NCBI GenBank assembly: GCA_046563655.1
Contig: CM102290.1
Location: 13,082,001 to 13,146,000 of the forward strand
Source: Yuukianura sp. NJ FZ-2021
Taxonomy: Eukaryota
Direction of reading: 5' to 3'
Length of the DNA stretch: 64,000 nucleotides
Below, in pieces: positions 28,801-47,218 of the stretch. The notes under the pieces were generated by a model. The model was not told the DNA's origin. It saw only the letters and a list, made by a program, of their open reading frames with translations, and made no database searches. Position 1 is the stretch's first letter. Every line of letters begins with the position of its first letter. Made by a program: the position numbers and the translations under genes.

Positions 28801-30174
28801 GTAAATTACAAAATTAATGTTGTTTTGTAATTCATGAGGTGCGAGAAGTGTCCGGTTGCCAATTACTCAGCATCTAATGAAATCATAAGTGTTGCTTTTG
28901 AGTTGTCATTGGATCCTGAAGGGCTTTGGTTCAATAGTCTTGGACACAAAAGGCATGGGGCAATGAAAATTGCTTCCAATGGAATGCATAGCCATCACAC
29001 CAAGATTCTATTTTTTGTTCTTGGTCACTGCAGAGTGCTATTTTTTGCTCTCTTTTTTCGTTTTTGTCACTACAAAACACTATTTTTATTCTGTTTTTAG
29101 TCTTGGTTACTCCAAAACGCTTTTGTTTTTCGTCAACCTAAAACTGTATTTTTTTTTGCCGAAAATTTGAATTTGAGTGTTCCTGGATCTGAGCGCATCT
29201 CCTACTGCTATATAGTTGTAATACTATGCAGAGTGCATCAGCTTAGTTCAAGATCAAAATGATTCTGATCCTAACGAAGCGTGATGACAGAAGATTTAGT
29301 GGAACTGGAATCTGCATCTCTGCTTTGTCACTTCTTAGCAGCCCTGCTAATACTGGTTCTAAAATGAAATTACAACTGGAAATAATGAGACAGTCTGCTG
29401 GACAACAACAAACTGGACAATTCCTTATGAAGTGTCCAGCAGTGACTCACCAGAAACTGAGGTTTTCAATTTCAAAACTGCCAGGAGCGTCTTATGTTTG
29501 GGTGGGTTTAAATTTCTTCCAGTTTAAAGTTTAAATTTAATTTTCAACTGTTCAACATTTCAGCATTTGCAAACTTACTATTACGTTCCAGAAAGACTCT
29601 GAACTGGGGCGTAGCTTTTGTGCATTGTATTTTGTGCCTATCTCTGTCTTTTTAAGTGCTCATAAAATTCAGAATTTTTTGTTCTGTTGAGAGTGAAACA
29701 GGCTTCGGAGGTTGTGAGATTCCTTTTTAGCAAATGATCAATTGTTAGAGAATTTTGCAATTTGGCAACTTGTCATAATCCTGGGAAATAAATTTACTGT
29801 CGGAGCCTTATCTTACTCAGTTTTACGATGATGAATTGAATGTAATAAGTGAAATGGTTAATTTGGATTCTGAACACTGCTTACTATATTTTGACAAATC
29901 CAGTTTCATCTCTACCTCTCTTATATTAGTGCTGACTTAATGCACAGTGACTCACAGAGTAGAAACAAAGTTACACTTTGGCAATTTCACGTTTGAAAAA
30001 CACTGAGAGGCTAGAAAATGGTTTCTAACATCCCTGTGTCAAGACATAATGGGACAATGGACAGATGATTTATACTGAAACCCGCGTAATTTAAAAGAAT
30101 AAGGAAGATTAAAAACCAAAATGTGTTGATTTAAAGACGATTTCACCCGGGTATCAACTGTTTGATAACAAATA

Positions 30175-30567
30175 CAGTAAGCCCTCTCAAATTGCAACTG
30201 GCTGTAATTGGTTTGTTTAATTACTATACATGGAAAAAAATATTTAGCTTCTTAGCGAAATCAATATTTTGGGCTTTTTTTTTATTAACTAAATATTTAT
30301 TGATTTTTCTATGCCCTTAATCCTAATTAAGTAAATATTTTGAGGTCTTTAATTAAAAATATTTAATATTTAAATGTTTCGCCTGTTTTAAGGAAATATT
30401 TTTTCCGTGAATATGATTACTGTAAACTTTCTGATTACATGCCACCAAAGGTATTGGACAACCCTAAGCGTCAATAGTTGCTTAAAGTTGAGCTCCATCC
30501 AATAACTTTAAGTTTTACGGTGTTCCGCCGAAAAAAAAAGAATGTTGCGATTTGAGAGAGCCTACTG
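30175..30567. mobile_element. Tc1/mariner(pogo)-type MITE, CAGT-end family
   Basis: TA|CAGTAAGCCCTCTCAAATTGCAAC...GTTGCGATTTGAGAGAGCCTACTG|TA. Confidence 0.75.
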
Positions 30568-31267
30568 TACTTCCTTTTTAACATGTTGTTTTTGATTCTT
30601 ACGTTCTTCCCTTAACAGCTGAAATTCTGGAAATGGCTAAAAGTGGACTCATTCCAGGCCAAAGACCTTAATAAGTTATTGCTGTAACTCCTTTTCGGAC
30701 AGAAGTTGCAGAATCTGCAGAACTCAGAATGTCTCTGCTGCTAATTAAATTGAATTGACTGTTTCGACGCCCACACAATTCAGAAAAGACTTGAAACAGA
30801 ACAAGAGCGATGGAGAGAGGCAATTAGACTAAGTCCATAGGTGTGGTCCTACCTAATAATTTATAAGAAACGCTGTCGGAAATTGGCAAAGGTAAATTGA
30901 CCTCTCGTGACCTCTGTTTTTGAAAAAGTCTTCTAGCACGCCTCTCCTAATTCTTTCGCAAAAACAACCCACAAAGGAAATTCGGAGTTTGCAAAATTTA
31001 GATCATTGTCTACCGTAACTCAAACGTTATTGACAGACCTACTGACCTACTAGCACGAAAAATTTGGTATAAAATCTGGTCACAAAATTTTTTGTCGCAC
31101 TTTGCCCCTTACCCAAGTCAAACTTTTAGTTTAAAACAGATGAGGATGAGGAAAAACCTGCCTCTGCATTTGATCTTTACTTATCATTTCCATAATGCAC
31201 CGACCCACTCCCACGGAAGATCATGATCTAGGAAGCAATAGCTGCTATTCTACACACTTCGGGAACC

Positions 31268-31483
31268 CAAGGTTTATTAACAAAAAAAAACTTTTTCGAC
31301 ACCAGGTTGTCCAATAACTCGAAGTTTTAAAATTTATTTGAAAGTAGGAAATCTGCTTTTCTGTGGTAATTTTTTACGTGTAATGTGAATGGGATTGGTG
31401 CGTTTATAAGCAAGATTTTTAAAATCCATGAGTTATTGGACAACCTGTTGTAGGAAATACAATTCGGTTGTCAAGGAACCTTG
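31268..31483. mobile_element. Second copy of the CAAGG-terminus MITE
   Basis: Same ends and subterminal repeat, with a degenerate TSD (CGGGAACC/CGAGAATC). Solo ends occur at about 10848-10912 and 24011-24053. Confidence 0.75.
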
Positions 31484-34400
31484 CGAGAATCCGACTTTGT
31501 TTTTCCCTTGGAATTGGAAGTTTTGAAGTCATGAAGTCATTTCTGACACCGAAATCTCTCCGCTCTTCAACGCAATAGACACTGTGAAGACGCTCTTTTG
31601 AGGCTCATTGTCCTCTGTGTGACCAAATAGTCCGCCTTAACAATTTTTCCTTTCCGGCTTAACAAGCTGTTAGACGAGCTTAAAACCATAATTAAACCCA
31701 GACACAACCTCACCCATGTCAACTTCTACCTGTAAAACAGTACGGGAGTTGAAAAAAACCGAAGGTGTTTGGAGGTCAAACAAAGTTTGGGCGTTTATAA
31801 AATAAACATGATCAAATAGGAAGCTTACACGCTTAACTGTGTTTGAAAACCAAACATTTAACATTGCACGCAACCAGTACAAGGTCCTGTCCCACTTTGA
31901 ACTTTGTTGATGGATCTAAAACCACCACAGATTGATCAATCATCTCCGTCAAAATTGACTAAACCAAAACCATTTAAACTTGGCAGAGAGAAAAAGCGGG
32001 AAAATTTGGTCTAGTGGAAATGAAAAGCGGAATATCAACTGAATAGGGTGGACGTAGGTGTTAATGGATCATAAAGTTCATGCGATGTCTGTTCTTTCCG
32101 AAGAATTTTCAAGATGATGTTCCCCTCTGTTCTATATTTTCCTATTGTTTGTGGGACGCATTAGAAAACGACTAAAAAATTTTTAGGCTTGGAAGCTCTG
32201 CTTGAATTTTTCGTTTGTAGGAGACAGTTCCCTCGTGAAAAAAAAATCCAGAGTGTAGTTTTTTACTGGAGTTTTTACTTTTTACTCTGAAATGGGTAGG
32301 TTCCTATATTGAATGGGAAATAAATAAATCATTGAGCCTGGTTACGCAAACCAGAACTTTTTATTTTCCAAATCGTAAATTTTAGGAATTTGTAAAGTGT
32401 GGCTATGAAACAAACACCACACACCAGCAGTAGCGTGGAAATACAGTACAGTTTAACACAAACGCTCCGTATTTGCTTCCGATTTAAAAAAAATCTTAAA
32501 AAGTTCCGATTTTTACTAAACCGAAACTATTTTTTTCAGTTTTGAATTTGGAATTTGGCAGGGCAATTGACAAAGTCAACTCTTCCGCTTGGCATGAAGT
32601 CAAAATGACACAAATTTTAAAAAAATCGGTTTCAATTTCGGTTTCATTCTGAAAAGGCAAAGTGAAATTTAGCTTTTTTTAAATAAATAATTTTTCTTTC
32701 ATAATTTCAGTTTTGCTGTCACCGCCGTAATAATTTTTTTCAAATTCACATTTTTTCACCTTCTCAAGAAACAAAGCGGAGGGTTTTCAAAAAAAGGCTT
32801 CAGAATCATATTTTTTCGGATCGGAGTTTCGCTTTCAAAAAAAATTGACTTTTTTTTTTGTAAATTTGAAAACAAAGAAGTAAGTTGATACATAATGGAA
32901 TGCATTATGCATTGGAGACTGAAGGTGTGAATGCATCGTGACTGTCCAAGCCTTACTGCTTGATTTGTTCTTTTCATCGACCCATTGTACTCATGAAAAA
33001 ATTGTTTTAATGCCTTGACGTGCCTTGGATATTGAGAACTCAAGGGCCCTGTGGAGCCCTTGGACAGGGCTCCAGAGCACCTCTGAACCTTGACGCACCC
33101 TTAAGTTACGTTAGTGGACTCAAGGTTCTATGACAACGGAAAGTTAATTTTCTTTAACAGGTTGGGCACTACCTCGCTTGTTGACAAAAAAAGCAAAAAT
33201 TGGTATCAATTTGTATGCAAAATTTAGAAAAAATGGCTATGACTGCTATGCCCCGAACGGAAAAGATTTTTTTTTTGCAAAATATAAAAAGCATGAGGTA
33301 TTACCCAACCTGTTAAAAAAAATCAAAAGTCGACAAACCTTGAGTGGACTTATTAAGAGCATTGAATTTCCCGCTCCACCATGGGGGTACCTGTCTTCAG
33401 ATTAACAACGTGGGAAGTATTGAATATTTGCCAATTCATCTTCAGCAGATGAGATTCAAAATCGAAAAAGAAAGTTTCGAGGAGGTTAAAACCCGACATT
33501 GCAAAGTTCATTATTAATGCGAAAGTTAACGTTTCTGAGGTTCTCGGTTACTCAGGAAGAGAATGTATACATAGTAGTTGGTTAGTCATGCGCCGTTGTT
33601 CGGTGTGGGTGGACTTGGTGATTGACATTGGCTTTGAAACTTGTCACCATTGCCAACTTTTGGTTTTATCTGATGATCGAATTTGCAATTTATGTTTCCT
33701 TTTTCTTTAAAATGCAACAATTTTTCAGGAAGAAGGAGCAATTTTTCTTACGTAATCGCAGTACTAAGATAGCATGGGCAGAAAAATATGAGAGGTACCC
33801 AGAAAAATTTAAAACTCCCAAAACCTATCCTAAATCACAAAAATTTAAAGCGCAACGTAGGTGGAGTTGACTCACAAAACTTTTGACAAGAAGAAATTTT
33901 TGACACATTCGATTTTTCCGACGGTAAACAGAAAGACAAAAAATCTAAACCTTGAATTTTTATGTAAATGAGCGCCTTTTCTTTACAACTGCTTTTGTTT
34001 TTTTAAAGGTGTGACCTGCAAATGTCAACAAAGCGAACATGATGATTTTAGGTTTAAAATGCAACCTCGAAAAATACTTGTGTGAGCAATGGCTTCAAGT
34101 GTCACCGTGTTGTATCAAATGTCACAACTTTGCAATCTCGTGTTACTTTACACATTACAAATCCACAAAGAAAGTGACGAGTCGAAGATTATCCAAATGA
34201 AGTCATTCGTAAAACAACAAACAAAGGCTTGGCTCAGAGCCTTCTCTAAAAGTTCTACAACCAGGCCATCAATGATCTGCACTATTCATATGCAAAGATT
34301 AAATCATCACAATATTCTACTAATCTTGCCATCTTTGAGTAAAGAAGTAGTGAGAAACGAAACATATTTCGACAAAAAAATTTCGACCTGATCACCTCTG

Positions 34401-35365
34401 AACCAATGATCAACTCAACTCGTAGGAGGCGAAATGGTCAAAATTATTTGATCAAAAAGTGAAAAAGTCAACATGCGGTTAGACTAGATTTCCTTACATT
34501 TGAGCTTCTCAGTTTTTCAATTTTTCACTTTTTGACCAAATTGTTTTTGACCATATTGCATGAGACGGCTCAACTGCACTATGAATGTTACCGCTGAATT
34601 CCAAAATTGAAAACTTTTTTTTCCAAAAAATTTTTGTTTCCGGGATTTCATGAATCCGACAAACACTCGTAGGTGTTTCATAAACTTTGTTTCGCGAAAC
34701 ATGAAATTTTACTTAAAGTTCCGGACTCAGCAGTCCATGTGACCTACTTTTGAGTAATCTTCGAAATTACTTCCTAGTTGTATACTAAAACCGGGATCCA
34801 GCATAGGATGAACAAGGAAGTCCGTAAAAAAATAGAGCATCGATTGCTCCATATTCCGCCCTAAAAACAAACCCACATAAAAAATCTGCTTGGCTTTGGG
34901 CGTCAAACGACTTTGCTCAAGTGCAAAAGAATGTCGAGCTCTTGAGCACTTCGTCACGTGAGATGACTTTGCCGGAGATGTGTAGTAAGGAGATACTCAT
35001 CTGCTGAAGATCTCCTTGGAAGATATTGGACAGATGAAGCGGTGCAGAACAAAAGTGCCTTTGGACAACAACCACCGGAGAAGTACTTTTCAGCACCATC
35101 ATTTTCCAGTTCTTGGCACTTTGGACTTTATGGTGAGCCACTCAACTGTTAATAGGATCCTGGAATCTTCCAGCCAATTCAAATTCCCGACTGTTTATGA
35201 GCACTTATGGGGGTCGCTGACATTGCAAAGAGCTTGAATTCAAATTTAGTAGTCACAGGTTTTACTTCTTTTGTTCTAGCATTCACCTAGCATTACATTT
35301 CAGTTGCATTTCCAGTTTTCCTTTGTCGAGGTTTACTTTCACTATGAATTTGGAAATGAGTAGTA

Positions 35366-35716
35366 CAGTGGAACCTGTCATTGCGCAACACGATCTGATT
35401 GGTTCCTTCTTCAAGAAGAGTTTTCGCCAGTGTTGCCGGATGGAAAAAATATTTCTTCCATCTATTTCAAATTAGGTGGAAGTATATGAATAAATTCATT
35501 TCTATCTTTTTTTATCCAGCCATTTCTTCCGGATAAAACCGGATGAAATATATTATCTACTGGACGAAACGTCAAAAAATACTCGTTTTCGTTACTACTG
35601 GTTTAAATTCTAACATTGTCTACTTTCGTCTATTCGCAACTGAAATTCCTCCAAAATTTAATTTTCACGTTCCGTTGGAGGTGGAGTTAAGAGTGGCACG
35701 ATGAGAGGTTCTACTG
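35366..35716. mobile_element. Tc1/mariner(pogo)-type MITE, CAGT-end family
   Basis: TA|CAGTGGAACCTGTCAT...ATGAGAGGTTCTACTG|TA. Confidence 0.7.
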
Positions 35717-38157
35717 TATTTTTTATATTTGTAAAACCATGTTCTGGAAAGTACAAAAAAAGGCGTGGCGGTTAACGATCTTAGTGAAAAGGAAGGTCAT
35801 GGCGGCGGTAGATCGTGCAATAAAGTGGCATTTCCGCTGAATTGTGTTTAGGGGAAAGCTGTAAGTTGAATTCCGAGCACAGATTTGGGAAAGATCTTGC
35901 AGATCATGCAGAAAATGTGGAGAGAAAGAACACTAAAAAGTTCGTCAAGGCCTTTTCTGTAGACTCCTTTTTTGCTCTTTTTTCTTTGGTCTAGAAACTT
36001 TTTTATTCTTCTGATGAAACTTTTCTAATTTATGATCATTCAGCATGCATTTCAACATTTGAACTTGAGGTAGGTTTTGTATGAGACAAAAATAGAACGA
36101 AAAGACAACTGTAAAATACCGGATGAGATTTTGGCGATGTCAGCTTAAAAAATTTGGAATTCCAAAAAGAGAGAGGATTTCCTAAGAAGATTAGAAAATC
36201 ATTATTGCATTTTGCAACTTGGCTCTCTTTTCACAACTCCCAAAGTGTTAAGCGTGAAGGTTAACCAAACATTTTCATAGTTCTGAAAGATTGAAAACGA
36301 CACATTTTCAAATTTTTTCACGTCTCGAGCTAAATTTGAGTAGCGTTAGTAGTTGGCAGTGCTTTCCAACGTTGAGGCTCTCCACTGGAGGTCGAACATT
36401 TAAAATGTTTGTTTAAATTTGAATTCTTTAAGAATGATTTAGCGATGAACCTGAATAAATTTTTAATATTTCTAAAACTTATTTTTTTTAAACATTTTTT
36501 TTGCTGTTGTGAAGCGTGGACAAGATGAATATGGTGCATGATGTTGGGATTATGGGATTTGTAGGGATAACAAAAGAGAATTTGAAGTGTGAAATCTTTG
36601 ACAGTTTGTTTCCCACAAAACCTAACGAACCATAATCCGCCCTGGCTGGATGCTAGCCCTGATTTAATTGAAATTAACTATCCAGTATGTTCGTTTTAAT
36701 TGAAAAACGAGATGACGACGGCCTGGAGTAAGGTGTGAAGAGAGTACATGAAATCCTGGCTTATATTCACAGTAAGATGCACATGAAACACAATACCGGA
36801 ACTTCCATTTTCGCGCTTCTCGAACCGGAACGCATCGCTTTTAAAAAAAATTAATAGAAATTGTGCTTACCTGGGTGCTCATGGATTCTTTAATGCTGAA
36901 ATTTAACGCACCAATAAGTTCCACATAAGACACGATTTTCAAGGCCTTGTTCAATGGTTGTCTCCCGTCGTGAAACCGTGCACCAACGAAGTCTGTAAAC
37001 AGTCGAGGTTGAGTCGCTTTCTATTTTGGCAGAGTCGTCAACAATTGTTGTTTGCAAATATGTTAGCATGTACTTTTTGTTTGTGTTTGTCAGTAGTCGT
37101 GTTGTTTTTGAAAAAAAGCTTTGAGAGCTTTGAAACGCTTGTTCCAGCCGCTCTTCTCGAAGGCGTCTGAATGCTTTGGAGATTTAGTTCCAACTGAAAG
37201 GGAGGTTCGGTGCAGCAGAACGACAGAGATCAAAATTTACTTTACAGAGATCCATTCACAACTTTTCACCACCACCCGCCCTTCCTTCCGCCGAAACTTT
37301 TGCAATAGTCCGAGGGAGATGTTGGGCAACTTCAACTGCAAATCACCGGCATTCAATTGTGTCTAGAAACACAATAGACTTAAGTCCGAGCTCAAATTGG
37401 TCCAACGGTGTCGGCAAGGTGCCCATAGCAACAATAGATTTCCTTTAACAGGTTAGGCAATAAGTCCCACTTTCAAAAAATCTTTCCCCAAACTTTTACT
37501 GGAAGACGACAGTTGCCGTGACTGTCTTTTCATTTTGAAAATTTGGGGGAGGGGGGTGGGGATAGAAGAGCGACTTATTGCCTAACCTGTTACGGAAAAA
37601 ATGATTCTCTTGTTCACGAACATTGGGTTTCGGTTTCGTTAGACAGAAGTTTGCTGGGGGAACTTGAGACGGTGTCGCTAACAATGGAAATTGGTATTGC
37701 AGAGGATCAACTCTGCTTTTGATGGAGAAAATTTTGGGAGTTATGCTAACGGAACACGGAAATCTATTGAAATTTTCAATTTGAAAATGAAATCGGTTGA
37801 GAGCTGTTGTCAATGCAAAGAAGATTTGAACGTGCAATAACAAGGACGCCTCGGCGTTAACAGGAAGATGGGCGAATTATGTTAACATGAAATTTTCATA
37901 ACACTTTAACAATTGCTGAATTAAAGTGATTGAACGTGATCTGAAAACTGCAGCACCATTTTCACATTAGTTTACGATTTTGCACGTTCTGTCTAGAATA
38001 AATCAAATAGGAAAAGCTACTTTATGAATCCACCTTATCTGCCTGTTTGTACCCTACACTCACTTATAAGTCAATCCAGAACAGAATATTTAGCATGTAA
38101 ATAATTTATTCATATTTATTTACTATTTATATTTAAATAAATCTTTACAAGTGTAAG

Positions 38158-38958
38158 CTAATTATTTTCTAACTCAAGCTCGTATTCAAAAACCTTATTG
38201 TTAATTATATTTTGAAGCTCCAAGTACTTCCTGTAGCTTTTTTGCGAAATTTTCCTCATCTTGCCTGCAATAACTTTTGCAAAAGTTATGAACTCGTCTT
38301 CAATAACTTCTGTTCTGGATGCTTCCAAAATTTCCGCTTCTAAATCCGCCATTTTCCTCTTTTTTAGTAGTGGAACATCATTGGCACGGAACGTTTTGGT
38401 TGGAAATGCAAGTGCATGGTTCTGCGTGTGTTCATCAAGTGCAATTCCGACTTCAGTCAACTCGGTGATATCAAAACTGTTAGAATCGTCATGTTCCGAT
38501 TCCGACTTGAGATTGGTCAGGGTTCTATTGCCAACAGATTCAAATGAATGTTAAAGTACTGTAGATTTTAGGAAAGTTAAAAGTCACTTACGAGTCATCG
38601 ATTTCACCCATATCCTTGATGAATTGCATGCTTTTTTCATGTCGGAAACATGGACGTAGTCCACTGTCCGTCGGTTTTTTCACCTTACGAAGAAATTGCA
38701 TGAAGGCTTTTCTCAAGGACGTCCATCTAGCTTTGACTTCTGGACCTGCGATTTAAAAAAAATATTGAAAATTACTTAAAAACTGTTGAAACGTTTAAGG
38801 AAACTACCTTCTTTATTTAGCTTCTTTGCAATTAATCTCCATTTTTGTTCTCGGGCAAGTTTGTTCTTGTAGTTCTTGTCAGAAGTCCGATACAAACACG
38901 GAAAGAGTTGAACAGTAGTAATTAACAGCTCCTCTTCTGCTTCTGTCCACTTGCTCAT
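38158..38958 (-). CDS. MADF (Myb/SANT-like) DNA-binding protein with a BESS-like C-terminus, three exons
   Basis: Exon 1 MSKWTEAEEELLITTVQLFPCLYRTSDKNYKNKLAREQKWRLIAKKL; exon 2 (38745 to ~38592) GPEVKARWTSLRKAF..HEKSMQFI; exon 3 ends FAKVIAGKMRKI..ELQNIINNKVFEYE. Confidence 0.85.
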
Positions 38959-39587
38959 GTTCGGATTCACTATGAGTCTGTTTTAATTGATAAATTAATC
39001 AGACTTTCAATTCGATAATCACCCTTTTTCCTAGGAAAATTTGGATTGAATTCTACTTTACAAAATGAGAGGAGAAGACAGAGTGAGGGAAAAGCATAAA
39101 TTGTTTTCCTAGGAAAACCGTTTCCCTCCCATTTTCTACGAAACGTTTTGCCCATTGAGAAAAGTTAGCATAAATTGCGTTTTATATTCGTTGTCAGGAA
39201 AATTTCCTAGAAAAACCGAGTATAAATTGGGCTTGACTACGGGAAATTATGGCAGTGGTGCGTTTACAACTGATGCCATTCCGCCTTAGGTCAACCTCGC
39301 TGCCTATAGCCGGTTTGCTACCATGTACTAGTGCACGTCATGAAGCTTCAACTAGCGTTCGGCGTGTTTCCTCCACTCCTTCGCTCAATCAGATTATGTG
39401 TGCCGCTCTATCCCTAATGAATTCCGTACCAAGTGCTGAGAAAAGTGCCGAACTCCATATGAAGTGTGTGATTTGCGTGGAGGGAAGAACAGCAAAGCTT
39501 CGCTTGTTTTCGTTTTAGTCTTCTCCAAAATCTCCGCAGAAATTAACGTAATAGTCGGAAGCACTTCATTTAATCGTTTTATCCGTC

Positions 39588-44747
<5,160 letters not shown>

Positions 44748-45272
44748 AAACGACTAATTGCCCGGTTGATTAAGAATGTATACAATTCCGGATCAGAGTC
44801 TGGCATGATAAATTATTAATTCCAGGGTAGCATACTTTTACACATTATAATTTCCCATAACTTCTGATGTTTCTGAATCAAAGTCTTAAGTGTTTCAGTT
44901 TCTGTTGTTTTTTAAGAGTAAAATGAGGGTCGGAGTACTGTACTTTTATTGGTGGAATAATTTGGCTGTTCTTTCCATTTGACTTAATAGGGAAGTTGAA
45001 GTTGAAAGCTTTTGTTTTCGACCCTGGACCCAGTGACATTGACACTCACGAGAAATGGAAAGTGGGTGTTCTTATAGAAAATTGAAACTGAGACTGTCCC
45101 TGTCCATTGTGTCCCAAATAAATCAATGTCAAGATCAAATGCTCCAATTGATCCCAGAATAGTTCAAAAGGAGACCTCCGACTCCTTGGCTACTTTATTG
45201 GGACACGGGCTATTTGGGTTTTATTGAATCTAGGTGGTAGCCAGTAGGGTAAGCGTTTAAAGTGCTCCATAC

Positions 45273-45445
45273 CATCAGGAACAGGTAGTGCTACCGTATT
45301 TCCTCGCATTTAAAGCATAACATCAGGAACAGATAATACTGCCGTATTTTCTCGCATGTGAGTTGTACCATTGTCAATATCAGGAACAGGTAGTATTACC
45401 GTATTTTCTTGCATTTAAAATGCATAACATCAGGAAAACTACTAC
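45273..45445. repeat. Minisatellite, unit about 48-57 bp, three copies plus a partial
   Basis: Unit (C/T)ATCAGGAACAG..TA..(A/G)CCGTATTT..T.GCAT starts at 45273, 45321, 45378 and (partial) 45428. Confidence 0.8.
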
Positions 45446-47218
45446 TATCGTAGGTATTTCGCCTACAACACTGATCGGTTTGCTAAATTAATTTAAAGAT
45501 TAGTTTAAATAAGATGAGATTGAAACAGTCCCGAGTACATTTTAGCACAGTTTCGACATATTTTAAGCAAAAATGTTAAGTTTTGAGGGGAAAAACTTTG
45601 TTGTTCCATTTTTGGAAGTTTTACAGGTAAGGCGCGTTTTATAAGCGTGGAAATACGGCAGAGCATTCGTCCCTACATTTTGGCTGGTTTATGGACTTTG
45701 ATGAGGGTGGTTTCTCATTTGACTTTCTTCGGGACTTGGATTTGCTCAAAAGGCTTTAAAAGAACGGAGTCTTCCTCATTTTCAACTTATTGTCACCGGA
45801 CAGTTCAAGAAGACAACACATTAAATTCAGTCTACCTCCGAAAGTACGAATACAACTTATCCATTTCATCAATTCAGGTAAGCCTTTGCATTTTTACATT
45901 ACCAATTGCAGAGAAAACAAAAACTTCTGATTTCGATTGGCAAAACAAATACCCTATTAGAAGTCGGAATTACTTTTAAGTTTTCAAGTTAGCAAAAATT
46001 TTGGTGACCATAGGCGTCCATATCGTTTACAATTATTTATTGTACTTACTTAGCCTAATGGTCAACTGTTGCAACTTTTCTAACGTTGTATCCAACACTA
46101 TTGTTACAGAAATCCAACAGGTTGTTCAAATTTACAAAACTTAGATTTTTACTAAACGTTTACAAAAACAAGTTTTGAAACACGATTTGTTTATTTTGCT
46201 GCTAGCGTCCAAGAGAATAAGCGTGCAATTTGCATGTCCGTGTGACATAATTGTCATTTGCATTTGTTTCTTCTCATAACATGCGTAACTTTCCAGGGGG
46301 GATGAAAGATGTTTGAACAAAACAGCTTTTTAGCATAGTTTTTATTCATTCCATTTGTAAAAAGTTGTTTTGTTATGCTAATAGGGGTGAAATGGGTGCG
46401 TAACCACTGCAAATTTTAACATTCCGTGCAGTGTGTACGGAATAATATTGCTGCCCTTGGGAAGTTTGACTTTCAAGTCCCCTTGCCCTTCTCGTTTTCA
46501 ATATTTGTGTTCAGTAATTCAAACAACCTTGGTTTGTACTTAATATAAATCACAGCAACTGAATATGGTGAATGGGATATTTAGCATGATTCTCACCTGT
46601 CCTGCCGGTTCCATGCTTACTTCCAATTACTTCCAACACGGGTTGAACACAGATTAATATTCAGGCCAGATTTTTAGTTACAAAAAACAAACCGGGGTAG
46701 AAAAGCTCCAGGACGCGCAGAGGGGAGACGCTGACGCTATCTTAAAGATCTGCATTAAATAAGCTCAGATTTTATGCAAGAAAAGCGGGAGCTACCCGGG
46801 ACGCTCATTTCGTGAGATAGATCAGTTCTTGGTTAGAAACGGGGTGAAGACGCTGTTAGTTGGTCACGGAAGGCACTAAAAGTAGGAGACTTTGAAGATT
46901 AAGGTCAATTTAGAGCCTACATTTTAGAATTTTAAACATCAAGTTTTTAAGAGTCCAAAGATTAACACCACCCTTAAAAATAGTCTTGATCTCAAGTTGC
47001 TCATTGAAAACAAGCATTTTTTCAAACAATTATTGTATTCCCTGCTAGTCTTTGGACCGGTTTCAATTCATTGAAGCCACTCCGCAGGAAATTGTCACTT
47101 CCAGAGATATTCATAAACAAAGTCTCATTCATAATATTTCATTTTTAATGGAACTAGACCCCTTGGTTGAAAGAAAACAATTGACCGGGTTTTGATTGTG
47201 TCATTTAGAAACTTGACC

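Noticed and set aside
45273..45445. CRISPR-like array
   Set aside because: The units are degenerate tandem copies without unique spacers, there are no cas genes, and the context is eukaryotic.
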